From IMG/VR virus record IMGVR_UViG_3300045808_000037: DNA of 64,000 bases; one strand, written 5' to 3'. Under the pieces are notes generated by a model that had not been told where the DNA came from, ran no database searches, and saw only the letters and a program-made list of their open reading frames with translations. The stretch comes from a virus. This document shows positions 17,909 to 27,225 of the stretch, one piece after another (position 1 is the stretch's first letter; each line of letters opens with the position of its first letter). Made by a program: the position numbers and the translations under genes.

Positions 17909-20445
17909 TCTACCATATTTTAAACCGTCAGTATGAATCAATTTGTGTTATAAATAGCGAATCGAAAGAATCTGTGATCATGAATGAGGACAAACATTCT
18001 TTTGGGATTTCAAATTCAACACTACTAAATATATTGGATGTTACGATCAGCAAAGTTCATCCAGACGCTGCTTATATTCAAGCGGGTACTTATATCGCTT
18101 TTCAGGATGAAAATGGGAATAACATCTGCCTTGAATTAACCGATGTCAAAGACTCAAATAGATACGAACGAGTTTGTCATTATGAGGATTTAGGAATGCA
18201 GTTAATCAATGAATCTCCTAATACTTTTGCATCCTCATTCTCTCAACCAATTGAATACTACGTGAACCGAGAAATATACGATAGTGGTTGGGAGATTGGT
18301 TTAAATGAAGTTCAAGGGTTAAAACGGAAAATAGACTTTTCAAATAATGAAACAACACTTGCTAGATTACAAAAAATTTGTAGCGAGTATGGTTGTGAGA
18401 TGTACTTTACAGTCAAATTTCAAAATCTCGCTGTGATTTCTAAACTCATTAACATTGTTTACAGGATCGGCGTGGATACAGAAGTTGTTCTGCGTGCAGG
18501 TACCGATTTAATGGTGGCTACGAAGCATGTGAATACCAACAATCTGAAAACTGCTTTGATCGTAACAGGTGGAAGCAATTTTAACAATTTGGTCTACAAC
18601 GACGGAAACTACTTCACCCGTATAGGCGAATCAATTATCTACGACCGTGAAGCCAATGCCTTATGGGGTAGAGGCCATACGACTGATACTCGCGATTCTG
18701 GTTGGGTATATGGCAACTACCAATCGCAATCAGACGATCCGTCTCAAATGTTTGCAGAAGGTTTAGCTGAATTAAAGAAAGTTAATCAGCCAGAGGCTAC
18801 GTATACTGTTGAAGCCATTTTTAGCAATACGGACTTCATGGTGGGCGATCGTGTGACGATTATCGATGAAGAGTACAACCCAGCACTGAGAATTAGCGCT
18901 AGGATCCTCCAGAAAGACATCAGTCGGACAAATCCATCGAATAATGGGCTTGTCATAGGGAATGTGATCGAATTACAAAGTGCAATCAGCGCTAAGTTGC
19001 GGCAGCTGCAGAACCAAATCAACCAAAAAGCCGATGACACGATCACAACCGAAATGATTGCAACAGAAGATGGTAACTTGAGAAACTTCGAGGTAAAGGT
19101 CTATAAAGGCAATGCCGACATTACCGCCAATCTGGAAAACTACCAGTTTTATTGGAAGCTGACCGACAAAGACGGGAACCTGAAAACAGAGTGGATAGAA
19201 GCCAATAAGGATGCTGGTAACAAAGTATCTGTTCACTTAGATGATGTAAGGCGTGATAACCAAATCTCATGCCAGGTCATGTATGCGGAAAATAAATTTG
19301 TCCAAGCCATATATTTCTGGAACGGACTGAAGAAAACAGCGAGCAAGATCATGCGACTACAAAATGAAAATACTGTCACGATTCCTTTTATCACAGATAC
19401 CCATTATGCTACAGATACCTTCATTCAAGAGGATCTTGAGAATTATGGACGTACGGAAAATCATATCAAAAATGTTGCAGAATTGTCTCATATGATTCCT
19501 TTAGACTGTATTGTCGGAGGCGGCGACTTTGTTGATGGTGGTACTACTAAAGACACAAACGTCTCAAATATGAAGAAGGTTGTTAGTCTGTTTGGATTGG
19601 CAAGCTGCCCATTTTTCTTAGCGAAAGGGAATCATGATGATAACTCGTGGGGAGATGGTCGGCAAGGTCGAGGAACTACTGCTAGAAATAAAGTCAATCA
19701 AAACTATATGGCCAGCGATCCTACTAGTAAGTCATGGCACGGAAACATGAGCTACACAATTAAGCCAAGTGAAATGTATGAAATCATCACACGACCTTCA
19801 ACTATATGGGCAATCAATGAAAATCCTAATGATAAAAATATGTATTTTTATTATGACATTCCGGATAAAAAAGTGCGTGTGTTTTTACTAAACACAAATG
19901 ATATTCCATATGTTTTTGACACGGATGGGTTAGTGAAATACTTGACGATTAATGTTGCTGGTTATCGACAAGCACAACTGAAATGGTTTGCGGAAAATCT
20001 TAAAAGTATGCCTGATGATTACACTGCAGTCTGTTTTCAGCATCATCAATGGGGGCAATGGTACGCAACGAATAGTGCCTATTATCCTTATAACTGGGAA
20101 TCTGTAGAAGGTATTTTAAAGGCGGCAAAAGAAGGATCAAGTTTTACACGCAAATACACAGGGAACGCTGATTTCGCTAGTGATATTTCAATTACATTCG
20201 ACACGCCAAAAAACATTGCTTTTCTTGCTCATGGACATCATCACACAGATCGAATCACAACTAAATATGGGATTACAAACGTTTCAACAAGTTGTTCTGT
20301 CAGTCGCCCAAAGAAAGATCAAAGAGATCGGCCTTTAGGAGAACTAGAAGAAGACTTGTGGGACGTTTTTGTTTTGGACACAAAGAAAAAGCATGTAGAT
20401 ATCGTGCGGTACGGAGCAGGTAGCGACCGCAGCTTTGACTACTAG
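17905..20445 (+). CDS. Tail-associated protein (Tal/endopeptidase-like N-terminus) fused to a calcineurin-like metallophosphoesterase
   Basis: Prophage-tail N-terminus (SGWEIG, GDRVTIIDE...ARIL); C-terminal DTH, GDFVDG, GNHD, HH, GHHH motifs. Confidence 0.82.
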   Translation: MIYHILNRQYESICVINSESKESVIMNEDKHSFGISNSTLLNILDVTISKVHPDAAYIQAGTYIAFQDENGNNICLELTDVKDSNRYERVCHYEDLGMQLINESPNTFASSFSQPIEYYVNREIYDSGWEIGLNEVQGLKRKIDFSNNETTLARLQKICSEYGCEMYFTVKFQNLAVISKLINIVYRIGVDTEVVLRAGTDLMVATKHVNTNNLKTALIVTGGSNFNNLVYNDGNYFTRIGESIIYDREANALWGRGHTTDTRDSGWVYGNYQSQSDDPSQMFAEGLAELKKVNQPEATYTVEAIFSNTDFMVGDRVTIIDEEYNPALRISARILQKDISRTNPSNNGLVIGNVIELQSAISAKLRQLQNQINQKADDTITTEMIATEDGNLRNFEVKVYKGNADITANLENYQFYWKLTDKDGNLKTEWIEANKDAGNKVSVHLDDVRRDNQISCQVMYAENKFVQAIYFWNGLKKTASKIMRLQNENTVTIPFITDTHYATDTFIQEDLENYGRTENHIKNVAELSHMIPLDCIVGGGDFVDGGTTKDTNVSNMKKVVSLFGLASCPFFLAKGNHDDNSWGDGRQGRGTTARNKVNQNYMASDPTSKSWHGNMSYTIKPSEMYEIITRPSTIWAINENPNDKNMYFYYDIPDKKVRVFLLNTNDIPYVFDTDGLVKYLTINVAGYRQAQLKWFAENLKSMPDDYTAVCFQHHQWGQWYATNSAYYPYNWESVEGILKAAKEGSSFTRKYTGNADFASDISITFDTPKNIAFLAHGHHHTDRITTKYGITNVSTSCSVSRPKKDQRDRPLGELEEDLWDVFVLDTKKKHVDIVRYGAGSDRSFDY

Positions 20446-20460
20446 AAAGGGGGAATCTTT

Positions 20461-23028
20461 ATGGCAATTATTGAGGTTAGCAAGCAGATTACCAACTACC
20501 TAGATAGCGAAGAAATGGTAACTGCACCTGCTAATCCTGTCGAGGGTCAACGATGGACAGATACGTCTAAAAGTCCACCAGTAGCCATGATATACAAAGA
20601 TGGCGAGTGGAAACCAGAACGGTTATCTGTTGAAGTCTTAGATCCGGACTTTTATCAAGATTTGGAAGATACAAAAACAGAGGTAGCAGCTGCTATCGAA
20701 AAAGCAGAGGCAGCTGAAAAGGCTGGGAAAGATGCACAAGCTGCAGGTGAAGCAGCTCAATCGGCAGCAAGTGAGGCGAAGCTAGCAGGAGAAAATGCTG
20801 CAAACTTAGCTACGCAAGCTAGTTTAGATGCTCAAACAGCTAAAGCAAAAGCAGATGCGATCCAGATTGATGTAAATGGGCTTGTTTCTGATGTAGCTAC
20901 TATCAATGGAACAGTTACAGCTATCAGTAGTAAGGCTAACGAAGCTTATGAGAAAGCAGCCGCTGTGGAAGGAAGAACAGCAACGCTAGAAACCTCAGTT
21001 ACTGGTCTAACTGGGCGTATGACAGATATTGAGACGACATCAACAAGTACCACTAAAAAACTGAATGAATTAGTCGTCACAGTTGATGGCCAAAAGCAAA
21101 CTTTAGCAACAGTGACAACCACTGCGGACAGTGCATTGAATAAAGCAAATGTATTGGAGACTACTGTTGACGGAGTTACACAGACTCTAACTAGCGTAGA
21201 AACTACTGCAAATAGTGCGTTAAGCAAAGTCAATACTGTTTCAAGCACTGTAGATGGTCACACCCAATTAATTGCAACAACAAAAACAACAGCTGATTCA
21301 GCACTTACTAAAGCAACTCAAGTTGAGACAACAGCGAATGGTTTGAAAACAACTATTTCAAGCATTGAGACAACTGCAAATACTGCTTTAACTAAAGCTA
21401 CACAAGTTGAAGCAACGGCAAATGGGCTAACCACAACAGTTACTAATATCCAATCTGATATCAACAACCTAAGCACTGCTACCAGAAATTTGCTTACTAA
21501 AACTGCTACTTTAGCAGATAGATTATCTGGAAGCCTTGACGCTAATAATTCCTATAATGGAAATGCTACTTTGAAAGGTACCTTTTCTAGTAATTATGTA
21601 GATACTTTTCGTCAAAAAACAGCATCTATACCAAGAGATGGAAAGTTCACTGTTACTTTCTGGGCTAAAGCAGATCGCAACATTAATTTCAACAATTACT
21701 TTTACGGAACTGGTACAACTACAAGTGTCGTGAATAGTGATGGTAAAAACGGCACTGGATCGGATGGCAATAATGTTTTAGCTGCCACGACTTCATGGAA
21801 GAGATATTGGATAACATGGACTCAACAAGGTGCGAGTGCAAGTAAAGAGATTCTTTTAGGAAGGATATTTAGTGCTGGTAGCCTTTGGATAAATTCACCT
21901 ATGCTTATTGAAGGGACAATGCCAACTGACTGGGCGCCTGCTCCTGAAGATATGGCGACCATATCTCAAATTACCCAGCTGTCAGACCAGATGAATTTCA
22001 AGCTAACTTCAACTGATGGCGGCGTAACTCAGATTGATATGCAAAACCAGATAGTTACTATTTCTTCTGAGAATATTTATCTGACAGGAAAATCGAATAT
22101 TTCAGATGCCATCATAAAAACAGCTCACATAGCTGACCTAGCAGTTTCTAACGGTAAAATAGCGAACCTCGCTGTGACTGAAGGGAAAATTGGAAATCTA
22201 GCAGTTACTACAGCAAAAATTGCTGACTTGGCCGTCAATAATGCCAAGATAGCCAGTCTAGATGCAGCAAAAATCAACACAGGTTATCTTGCTGCAGCGA
22301 GAATTGCAGCATCCAGTATTACCACGGATAAATTAAATGTAGAAAAGCTTTCAGCTCTCACATCAAAATTAGGAGAGGTAGACGCAGGAACTATTACGGG
22401 TGTCGTCATTAATGGGTCCGAGTTTATTAATGCATTTACTTATACGGAATCAGGAGTAACTTACACAGGCACTACGACGATGAAAGATGGAAATGTCGTT
22501 ATCTCAAGAACGGGAAGCGACGGATCGTCATGGACCACTAAGGTTGATCGCCAGCTCGGTTTTGAAGATAGTTATAAAGCGGGATCGACTGCTCCTGCAA
22601 GAACTACACGATTAGGGCAAGGAAAGCTATATATGGTCGAGAGTGGAGTAGGGGGCTATCTTCCGGCTTCTGCATTGAATTCAACAAGTTGGGTAAACCT
22701 GCCTTATGCCTCTGGATGGACAACAGCGGAAAATAATCCGTGTCAGTATCGAATGTTTCCTCAACTAGATGGCTCATATTTAATAAGGTTTAGAGGACAA
22801 TTCGCTCCAACCAGTGGAACGATTCCATCAGGTAATCAGCAACCTTTTGGAGCTGGAGGAATTCCGGTTGCAATTAGACCAGACAAAACAGAGTTTGGTT
22901 ATGGCGCATCAAATCAAAATGCGGGAGGTCGCTTAGCAATATCTGGGGCGGGCAATTTCTTTTATAATCCTGAAACTACAGGTCAAACGTACTGTTCAAT
23001 TTCTGGGATAAGTTACTATATCGGATAA
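20461..23028 (+). CDS. Tail fibre/receptor-binding protein
   Basis: Coiled-coil 28-aa repeats, CBM-like RNLL...WAPAPED module, KIADLAV repeats, fibre-tip C-terminus. Confidence 0.8.
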   Translation: MAIIEVSKQITNYLDSEEMVTAPANPVEGQRWTDTSKSPPVAMIYKDGEWKPERLSVEVLDPDFYQDLEDTKTEVAAAIEKAEAAEKAGKDAQAAGEAAQSAASEAKLAGENAANLATQASLDAQTAKAKADAIQIDVNGLVSDVATINGTVTAISSKANEAYEKAAAVEGRTATLETSVTGLTGRMTDIETTSTSTTKKLNELVVTVDGQKQTLATVTTTADSALNKANVLETTVDGVTQTLTSVETTANSALSKVNTVSSTVDGHTQLIATTKTTADSALTKATQVETTANGLKTTISSIETTANTALTKATQVEATANGLTTTVTNIQSDINNLSTATRNLLTKTATLADRLSGSLDANNSYNGNATLKGTFSSNYVDTFRQKTASIPRDGKFTVTFWAKADRNINFNNYFYGTGTTTSVVNSDGKNGTGSDGNNVLAATTSWKRYWITWTQQGASASKEILLGRIFSAGSLWINSPMLIEGTMPTDWAPAPEDMATISQITQLSDQMNFKLTSTDGGVTQIDMQNQIVTISSENIYLTGKSNISDAIIKTAHIADLAVSNGKIANLAVTEGKIGNLAVTTAKIADLAVNNAKIASLDAAKINTGYLAAARIAASSITTDKLNVEKLSALTSKLGEVDAGTITGVVINGSEFINAFTYTESGVTYTGTTTMKDGNVVISRTGSDGSSWTTKVDRQLGFEDSYKAGSTAPARTTRLGQGKLYMVESGVGGYLPASALNSTSWVNLPYASGWTTAENNPCQYRMFPQLDGSYLIRFRGQFAPTSGTIPSGNQQPFGAGGIPVAIRPDKTEFGYGASNQNAGGRLAISGAGNFFYNPETTGQTYCSISGISYYIG

Positions 23029-23041
23029 GGAGGGAAAAACA

Positions 23042-23245
23042 ATGGCTTTTAGATTTACGAATATTAATGTTACGTATGATCAAAACGACGAGGTGCTATA
23101 CTACTCTATTCAAGTAGATAACAGTAGCGGTAATAATGATGGTGCAATTAATGCGTCACTAACATTTACACCGGAAGAGCTAGACCTTTCTGAGGTATCA
23201 AATAAAGCAAAAGAAAAATTAGCGAAATTAGCATCAGAAAAATAA
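23042..23245 (+). CDS. Small hypothetical tail-region protein
   Basis: GGAGGG SD, operon context. Confidence 0.65.
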   Translation: MAFRFTNINVTYDQNDEVLYYSIQVDNSSGNNDGAINASLTFTPEELDLSEVSNKAKEKLAKLASEK

Positions 23246-23269
23246 GTATTTATAAATAGGAGGATTCAG

Positions 23270-23704
23270 ATGAAAACAACATTTACAACAACCAATAGCA
23301 AGCTGCACAAATATGCTCAAATTTTAGCGGTAGTTACATCAAAAGGTCGAAAGGCTCGTGCCATCTCCAAGTTTCGCCGATTAGCAAATGAGAAAATCGA
23401 AGAATGGACGGAAAGCCAGAAAGGGTTGATTGCCACTTATTATGAAGTGCAAGAAAACGGGAATGCCAAGCTAGATGATTCTGATCAACCTATTTTGTTA
23501 GATGGTGCCAATCAAGAAGAGTATGCCAAAGAACGCAAGGAATTGGACAACGAAACAGTGGTGATCGATTTGACCGAATTCGAGCCTTTCCTTGAATTCC
23601 TTATTTCTGGGTTAGATGAAAGCGATGTTGCTTTTGGCGGTGTTGATGCGGATGTATATGATGAATTAATGGATCAACTAGAAAAATTAGGAGGGCAGGC
23701 TTAG
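23270..23704 (+). CDS. Hypothetical protein (possible fibre chaperone)
   Basis: GGAGG SD; acidic helical protein between RBP and holin. Confidence 0.65.
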   Translation: MKTTFTTTNSKLHKYAQILAVVTSKGRKARAISKFRRLANEKIEEWTESQKGLIATYYEVQENGNAKLDDSDQPILLDGANQEEYAKERKELDNETVVIDLTEFEPFLEFLISGLDESDVAFGGVDADVYDELMDQLEKLGGQA

Positions 23705-23739
23705 GCTTGTTCCTTTTATTTTAGGGAAGTAGGTGGCAT

Positions 23740-24033
23740 ATGTTAAACGTAGGGGAATTAGCAACTTGGGCGGGCTGGATTATGACAATTGTTGGTTTGA
23801 TGGCATTTGTTATTAGACCAGTAATGTCAAATTTCACAAAAATCACTGAGAATCTAACAAAGATGACTCATAGTCTGGATTTGTTAAATCGTGATTTAGA
23901 AGCCAGTAAGTCTGATCGAGTTGCGATTCATGACGAATTAAAGCGTCAGGATGAACGATTAGATAAGCATAGTGAAAAATTAGTTGAGCATGGAGAACAA
24001 TTAAAATCTTTATGGAAAGAAAGAGGGAAATAA
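23740..24033 (+). CDS. Lysis-cassette membrane/coiled-coil protein
   Basis: Single TM helix plus coiled coil, upstream of the holin. Confidence 0.7.
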   Translation: MLNVGELATWAGWIMTIVGLMAFVIRPVMSNFTKITENLTKMTHSLDLLNRDLEASKSDRVAIHDELKRQDERLDKHSEKLVEHGEQLKSLWKERGK

Positions 24034-24035
24034 AA

Positions 24036-24353
24036 ATGGATTTGAATTTCTTGCAGGAGTATTTAGTACCAGTGATTGTCGTAGCGTGTTTAGTAGTGGG
24101 ATATTTGATCAAGTCAACGCCCGTATTTGCAGCAGTGGCCAATGGCTATATTCCATTGATTGTTATTGTCTTAGGAGCGATTCTAGGAGCAATCATCAAT
24201 GGATTAACTGTGGAAGCGATTGTTTATGGGGCGGTTAGCGGGATTGCATCCACAGGGATGCACCAATTATTTGTACAACTTTTAAATTTAGGTAGCAATG
24301 ATCAAAAACCAGATTACGGTGATGGCCAAGAGTTCACAGAAAAGAAGGAGTAG
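24036..24353 (+). CDS. Holin
   Basis: Three TM segments, GAVSGIASTGMHQLF motif, directly before the lysin. Confidence 0.85.
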   Translation: MDLNFLQEYLVPVIVVACLVVGYLIKSTPVFAAVANGYIPLIVIVLGAILGAIINGLTVEAIVYGAVSGIASTGMHQLFVQLLNLGSNDQKPDYGDGQEFTEKKE

Positions 24354-24376
24354 CCTAGCGGCTGCTCTTTTCTTTT
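24348..24376 (+). terminator. Terminator-like hairpin between holin and lysin
   Basis: GAGTAGCC-TAGC-GGCTGCTC followed by a T-rich tail. Confidence 0.55.
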
Positions 24377-24394
24377 ATAGGAAGGAAGATAAAA

Positions 24395-25345
24395 ATGAGC
24401 ATTGAACAAATGATCAAATGGATGACCGACCGCGAAGGCAAGGTAACCTATTCAATGACAAGTCGTTTGGGTCCTAAAAGCTACGACTGTTCTTCTGCAG
24501 TATTCTTGGCCATGATCGCAGGTGGTTTTCTACCTATCGGGTCCATGGGGAACACTGAAACATTGTTTGCAATGTCAGGTACTAAACTGAAAAAAATCAG
24601 TCGATCAGAAGTGAAGCGTGGAGATATTTTTGTTGCTGGTACTCCTGGTCAGTCTAATGGGTCAGGGGGACATACAGGTATCTTCCTAAGTAATAAGAGT
24701 TTCATTCATTGTTCATACTATTGGAACGGAATCCATACCGATAGCCATGACTCGTACATGAGCACTCGTCTGCCACATCATTTTTATCGTATTGTAGCTA
24801 CAGAAAATACAACCACAGGCGGAAAATCTATTGAAGCGGTAGCTAGAGAAGTGATTAATGGATTGTGGGGAAATGGTGACGCAAGAAATGCGGCATTAAA
24901 AGCTGCAGGATATGATGCGACTCAGGTGCAAAATAAAGTGAACAGTCTGTTATCTGGCAACACATCCTCGAACATTGTTGAGCAATTTACAACTTTATCC
25001 GTTGATGGCAAGTGGGGACCTGCAGTAACCACACGTCTGCAAGAGTATCACGATACCTACAAGGATGGCGAAGTAAGTCACCAATACAAAGAAGCGTGTA
25101 ACGCTAACTTGTATTCGGCACAATTCGACACTACATTGATCGGATCTGACCTTATTCGTGCTATTCAGAAGGTCTTGAAAGCAAAAGGCTACTACAATGG
25201 TGCAGTTGACGGCTTGTGTGGAAAGAACACAATCAAAGCAATGCAACAAGCTTTGGGTACCACACAAGATGGAATCATCAGCCCGACTTCAAATATGGTG
25301 AAAGCATTGCAAACAGCATTGAACAATAATAAACTTCCATGGTAA
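24395..25345 (+). CDS. Endolysin: NlpC/P60-like (Amidase_5) catalytic domain, Cpl-7 repeat and peptidoglycan-binding domain
   Basis: YSMTSRLGPKSYDCSS, GGHTGIF, IHC; AREVINGLWGNGDARNAAL (Cpl-7); VDGLCGKNTIKAMQ. Confidence 0.9.
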   Translation: MSIEQMIKWMTDREGKVTYSMTSRLGPKSYDCSSAVFLAMIAGGFLPIGSMGNTETLFAMSGTKLKKISRSEVKRGDIFVAGTPGQSNGSGGHTGIFLSNKSFIHCSYYWNGIHTDSHDSYMSTRLPHHFYRIVATENTTTGGKSIEAVAREVINGLWGNGDARNAALKAAGYDATQVQNKVNSLLSGNTSSNIVEQFTTLSVDGKWGPAVTTRLQEYHDTYKDGEVSHQYKEACNANLYSAQFDTTLIGSDLIRAIQKVLKAKGYYNGAVDGLCGKNTIKAMQQALGTTQDGIISPTSNMVKALQTALNNNKLPW

Positions 25346-25348
25346 ACG

Positions 25349-25385
25349 AAATCCCCTTACTCATTTGAGTAGGGGGATTTTTTAT
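25349..25385. terminator. Bidirectional terminator between lysin and the convergent operon
   Basis: AAATCCCC-TTACTCATTTGAGTAG-GGGGATTT with flanking A/T runs. Confidence 0.8.
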
Positions 25386-25861
25386 TTTAACCAATCACCT
25401 GTTTTTAAGTCAATAAACTTATCCAAAGTAAGTTTTGAAATAAAATTTTCTTTATATTCATTATTTTTTGTTTGAGAATCTAGTTTGAATGACATATTAT
25501 AAAATTTTTCATTATTTTTGGTTTTACGAATTAAATTATGACTTATAAGAAATTCTATGATCTTTTTGTGTCCCTCATAATCATCGATTTCAAGATAAAA
25601 ACATGCTACACCTTGACCTGCTGGATTAGGTCTATTACTCAATTTAGAGGAAGGTATAATTTCTTTTTCAACAGCTTCTCTACAATAATTCTTCATAACT
25701 TCTCGGCTAGTTGGAAAATCGAAAAAAATCATCCATTTTCCTACCTTAGAAGGATCTAAAGTTGCTTCTGTTTTAAAGTATTCCCAAGAGCTGTTAACAA
25801 TGTTTTCCAATGATATCGCCTCCATTATAATTACAATATCATTTTCAGTTATAAGGTGCAA
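25382..25861 (-). CDS. Hypothetical protein resembling DUF1917/BLES03 (eIF4E-like fold)
   Basis: GKWMIF, SSKLS, VACFY, SFKLDSQT...Y motifs in the expected order (recalled family pattern). Confidence 0.5.
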   Translation of the reverse strand: MHLITENDIVIIMEAISLENIVNSSWEYFKTEATLDPSKVGKWMIFFDFPTSREVMKNYCREAVEKEIIPSSKLSNRPNPAGQGVACFYLEIDDYEGHKKIIEFLISHNLIRKTKNNEKFYNMSFKLDSQTKNNEYKENFISKLTLDKFIDLKTGDWLK

Positions 25862-26120
25862 TTAGTTGTTTGTTCATTGCTTCAAATTCAATCATGATCT
25901 TCGTCTTACCAATCACCGAATACTTCTTCACAAAAAACTGTTTGCGATCTTTAAAATCACCAGCGACAATGATTTCCATTCCTTCATCTACATCTGCCAA
26001 AAAGTTCAGACTATGAGCTGCGATCAAACAGTTCACTTCATCAAGCGAAAACCGCACCAAAGGGGCCTTGCTCATCTTCAGTACTCGTATCTTCGATACA
26101 TAGCCTTTCATCGATTTCAT
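25845..26120 (-). CDS. Small beta-rich (OB-fold-like) hypothetical protein
   Basis: GGAGG SD before ATG at 26120; sequence pattern typical of enterococcal prophage-end genes. Confidence 0.65.
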   Translation of the reverse strand: MKSMKGYVSKIRVLKMSKAPLVRFSLDEVNCLIAAHSLNFLADVDEGMEIIVAGDFKDRKQFFVKKYSVIGKTKIMIEFEAMNKQLIAPYN

Positions 26121-26307
26121 AACAATCGCCTCCATAGCGTTGTACATGATAGCAACAATCTGTTTTACCTAATGCGACAGCGACATAAAATTCAATACAT
26201 CTTGCGCCGTATAAAGCTTCCTGTGACTCAGAAATACTGTCTGGAAATTCATTTATGAACTCAGAAATAGGTAGGTAGCCTTGCTCGTATTGAGTAATAA
26301 GATTCAT
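26041..26307 (-). CDS. Hypothetical protein
   Basis: Translationally coupled to the upstream ORF; 3' end overlaps the next gene by ~80 nt. Confidence 0.5.
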   Translation of the reverse strand: MNLITQYEQGYLPISEFINEFPDSISESQEALYGARCIEFYVAVALGKTDCCYHVQRYGGDCYEIDERLCIEDTSTEDEQGPFGAVFA

Positions 26308-26308
26308 T

Positions 26309-26599
26309 TCAGTTCCCGCCCGGTTTGTATTTTATGTTAGGGTCGTATTTTCGAAGAATCTTGTCTTGCGTTCTAACGTGATCGAACAGATAATTATCTC
26401 CGTCTTTTTTAAAAACAAAAGCTAGCACCTCAGAATATTTTGAATAGCCCGAAGGGACGGTAAAAAAAGGTTTGCCGGTGTTTTCCATCGTCCGAACAAA
26501 CTGATCGTAAAGTAAGTGGGCGGGACCCATTCTTTCGATAAACTCGTAGTAATATCTTTCGAGTGCATAGGTTCTTTGATGCGCCAATGGTATTTGCAT
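26309..26599 (-). CDS. Hypothetical protein
   Basis: GGAGCG SD; in operon. Confidence 0.7.
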   Translation of the reverse strand: MQIPLAHQRTYALERYYYEFIERMGPAHLLYDQFVRTMENTGKPFFTVPSGYSKYSEVLAFVFKKDGDNYLFDHVRTQDKILRKYDPNIKYKPGGN

Positions 26600-26610
26600 A
26601 TCAATCGCTC

Positions 26611-26931
26611 CTATTCCATTTCGACATCAGCAAGAGAATCTGACAGTACTTCAAATAGATTTCTACTTTCCATAAATTTAAGCCAATCATTGTAAGGGTC
26701 TAAGGATCGACTGTTTGGAATCTTATCCATATTTTTAACAGTCTGATAGATATTTTGTGCAGCTTGATCCCACATACCGTTAATTGCTTTGTTAACTTTT
26801 TTATCGTTCCACTTAGCCTTTCCGGAACGCAGTTTATTCTTAGCAATTTGGAATTCCTCGGCTTTTTGCATAAATACTTCGTAACCAGATAGACGGTTTT
26901 CCAAAAGGTTTTTAAAATCATTATATTTCAA
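26611..26931 (-). CDS. Hypothetical protein, first gene of LexA-box operon
   Basis: AGAGGAG SD favours TTG at 26931 (ORF extends to 26940). Confidence 0.7.
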   Translation of the reverse strand: MKYNDFKNLLENRLSGYEVFMQKAEEFQIAKNKLRSGKAKWNDKKVNKAINGMWDQAAQNIYQTVKNMDKIPNSRSLDPYNDWLKFMESRNLFEVLSDSLADVEME

Positions 26932-26962
26932 TTTGACCACTCCTCTTGTTTACTTCTTCCTC

Positions 26963-26991
26963 AGTATACGAACGTTTGTTCTTTTTGTAAA
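26963..26991 (-). promoter_or_regulatory. sigmaA promoter with LexA (SOS) box in the spacer
   Basis: TTTACA-17 bp-TATACT on the minus strand; CGAACGTTTGTTCT at 26969-26982 matches GAAC-N4-GTTC. Confidence 0.8.
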
Positions 26992-27010
26992 GGAATTAAA
27001 TAAAGAATAG

Positions 27011-27029
27011 GGGGCAAAAAAGGGGCAAA
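27011..27029 (+). repeat. Integrase arm-type site pair (left)
   Basis: GGGGCAAAAAAGGGGCAAA, identical to 27226-27244. Confidence 0.7.
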
Positions 27030-27141
27030 ATAACTTTATTAGTTCGAACTAGTTGAATTGTTTTTATAAATTAAATTGATCAAAAGGTTATTATATAGGC
27101 ATTTTTATACTGGTAGAAATGAGTGTGTCAGACAATCTTAG

Positions 27142-27159
27142 ATGGGCGGCATGATGTAG
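27142..27159 (+). other. att core matching the groEL 3' end
   Basis: ATGGGCGGCATGATGTAG encodes MGGMM*, the typical GroEL C-terminus; lies between arm repeats next to the integrase. Confidence 0.75.
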
Positions 27160-27166
27160 TTATAAT

Positions 27167-27196
27167 AAAAGAACCTCTATTTATAGGGGTTCTTTT
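27167..27196. terminator. Bidirectional terminator next to the att core
   Basis: AAAAGAACCTCTAT-TT-ATAGGGGTTCTTTT. Confidence 0.8.
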
Positions 27197-27225
27197 GTTT
27201 GTTTAATGTTAATTTTTATACAAAA

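Larger units (their letters stand above)
1..27159 (+). mobile_element. Prophage 1 (temperate siphovirus; left part outside window)
   Basis: Ordered late-early, ArpU, terminase, portal, capsid, tail, holin and lysin genes ending at an att-like junction at ~27011-27244. Confidence 0.95.

Noticed and set aside
20461-23028. Diversity-generating retroelement acting on tail fibres
   Set aside because: No reverse transcriptase ORF and no template/variable repeat pair differing at adenines seen in the window
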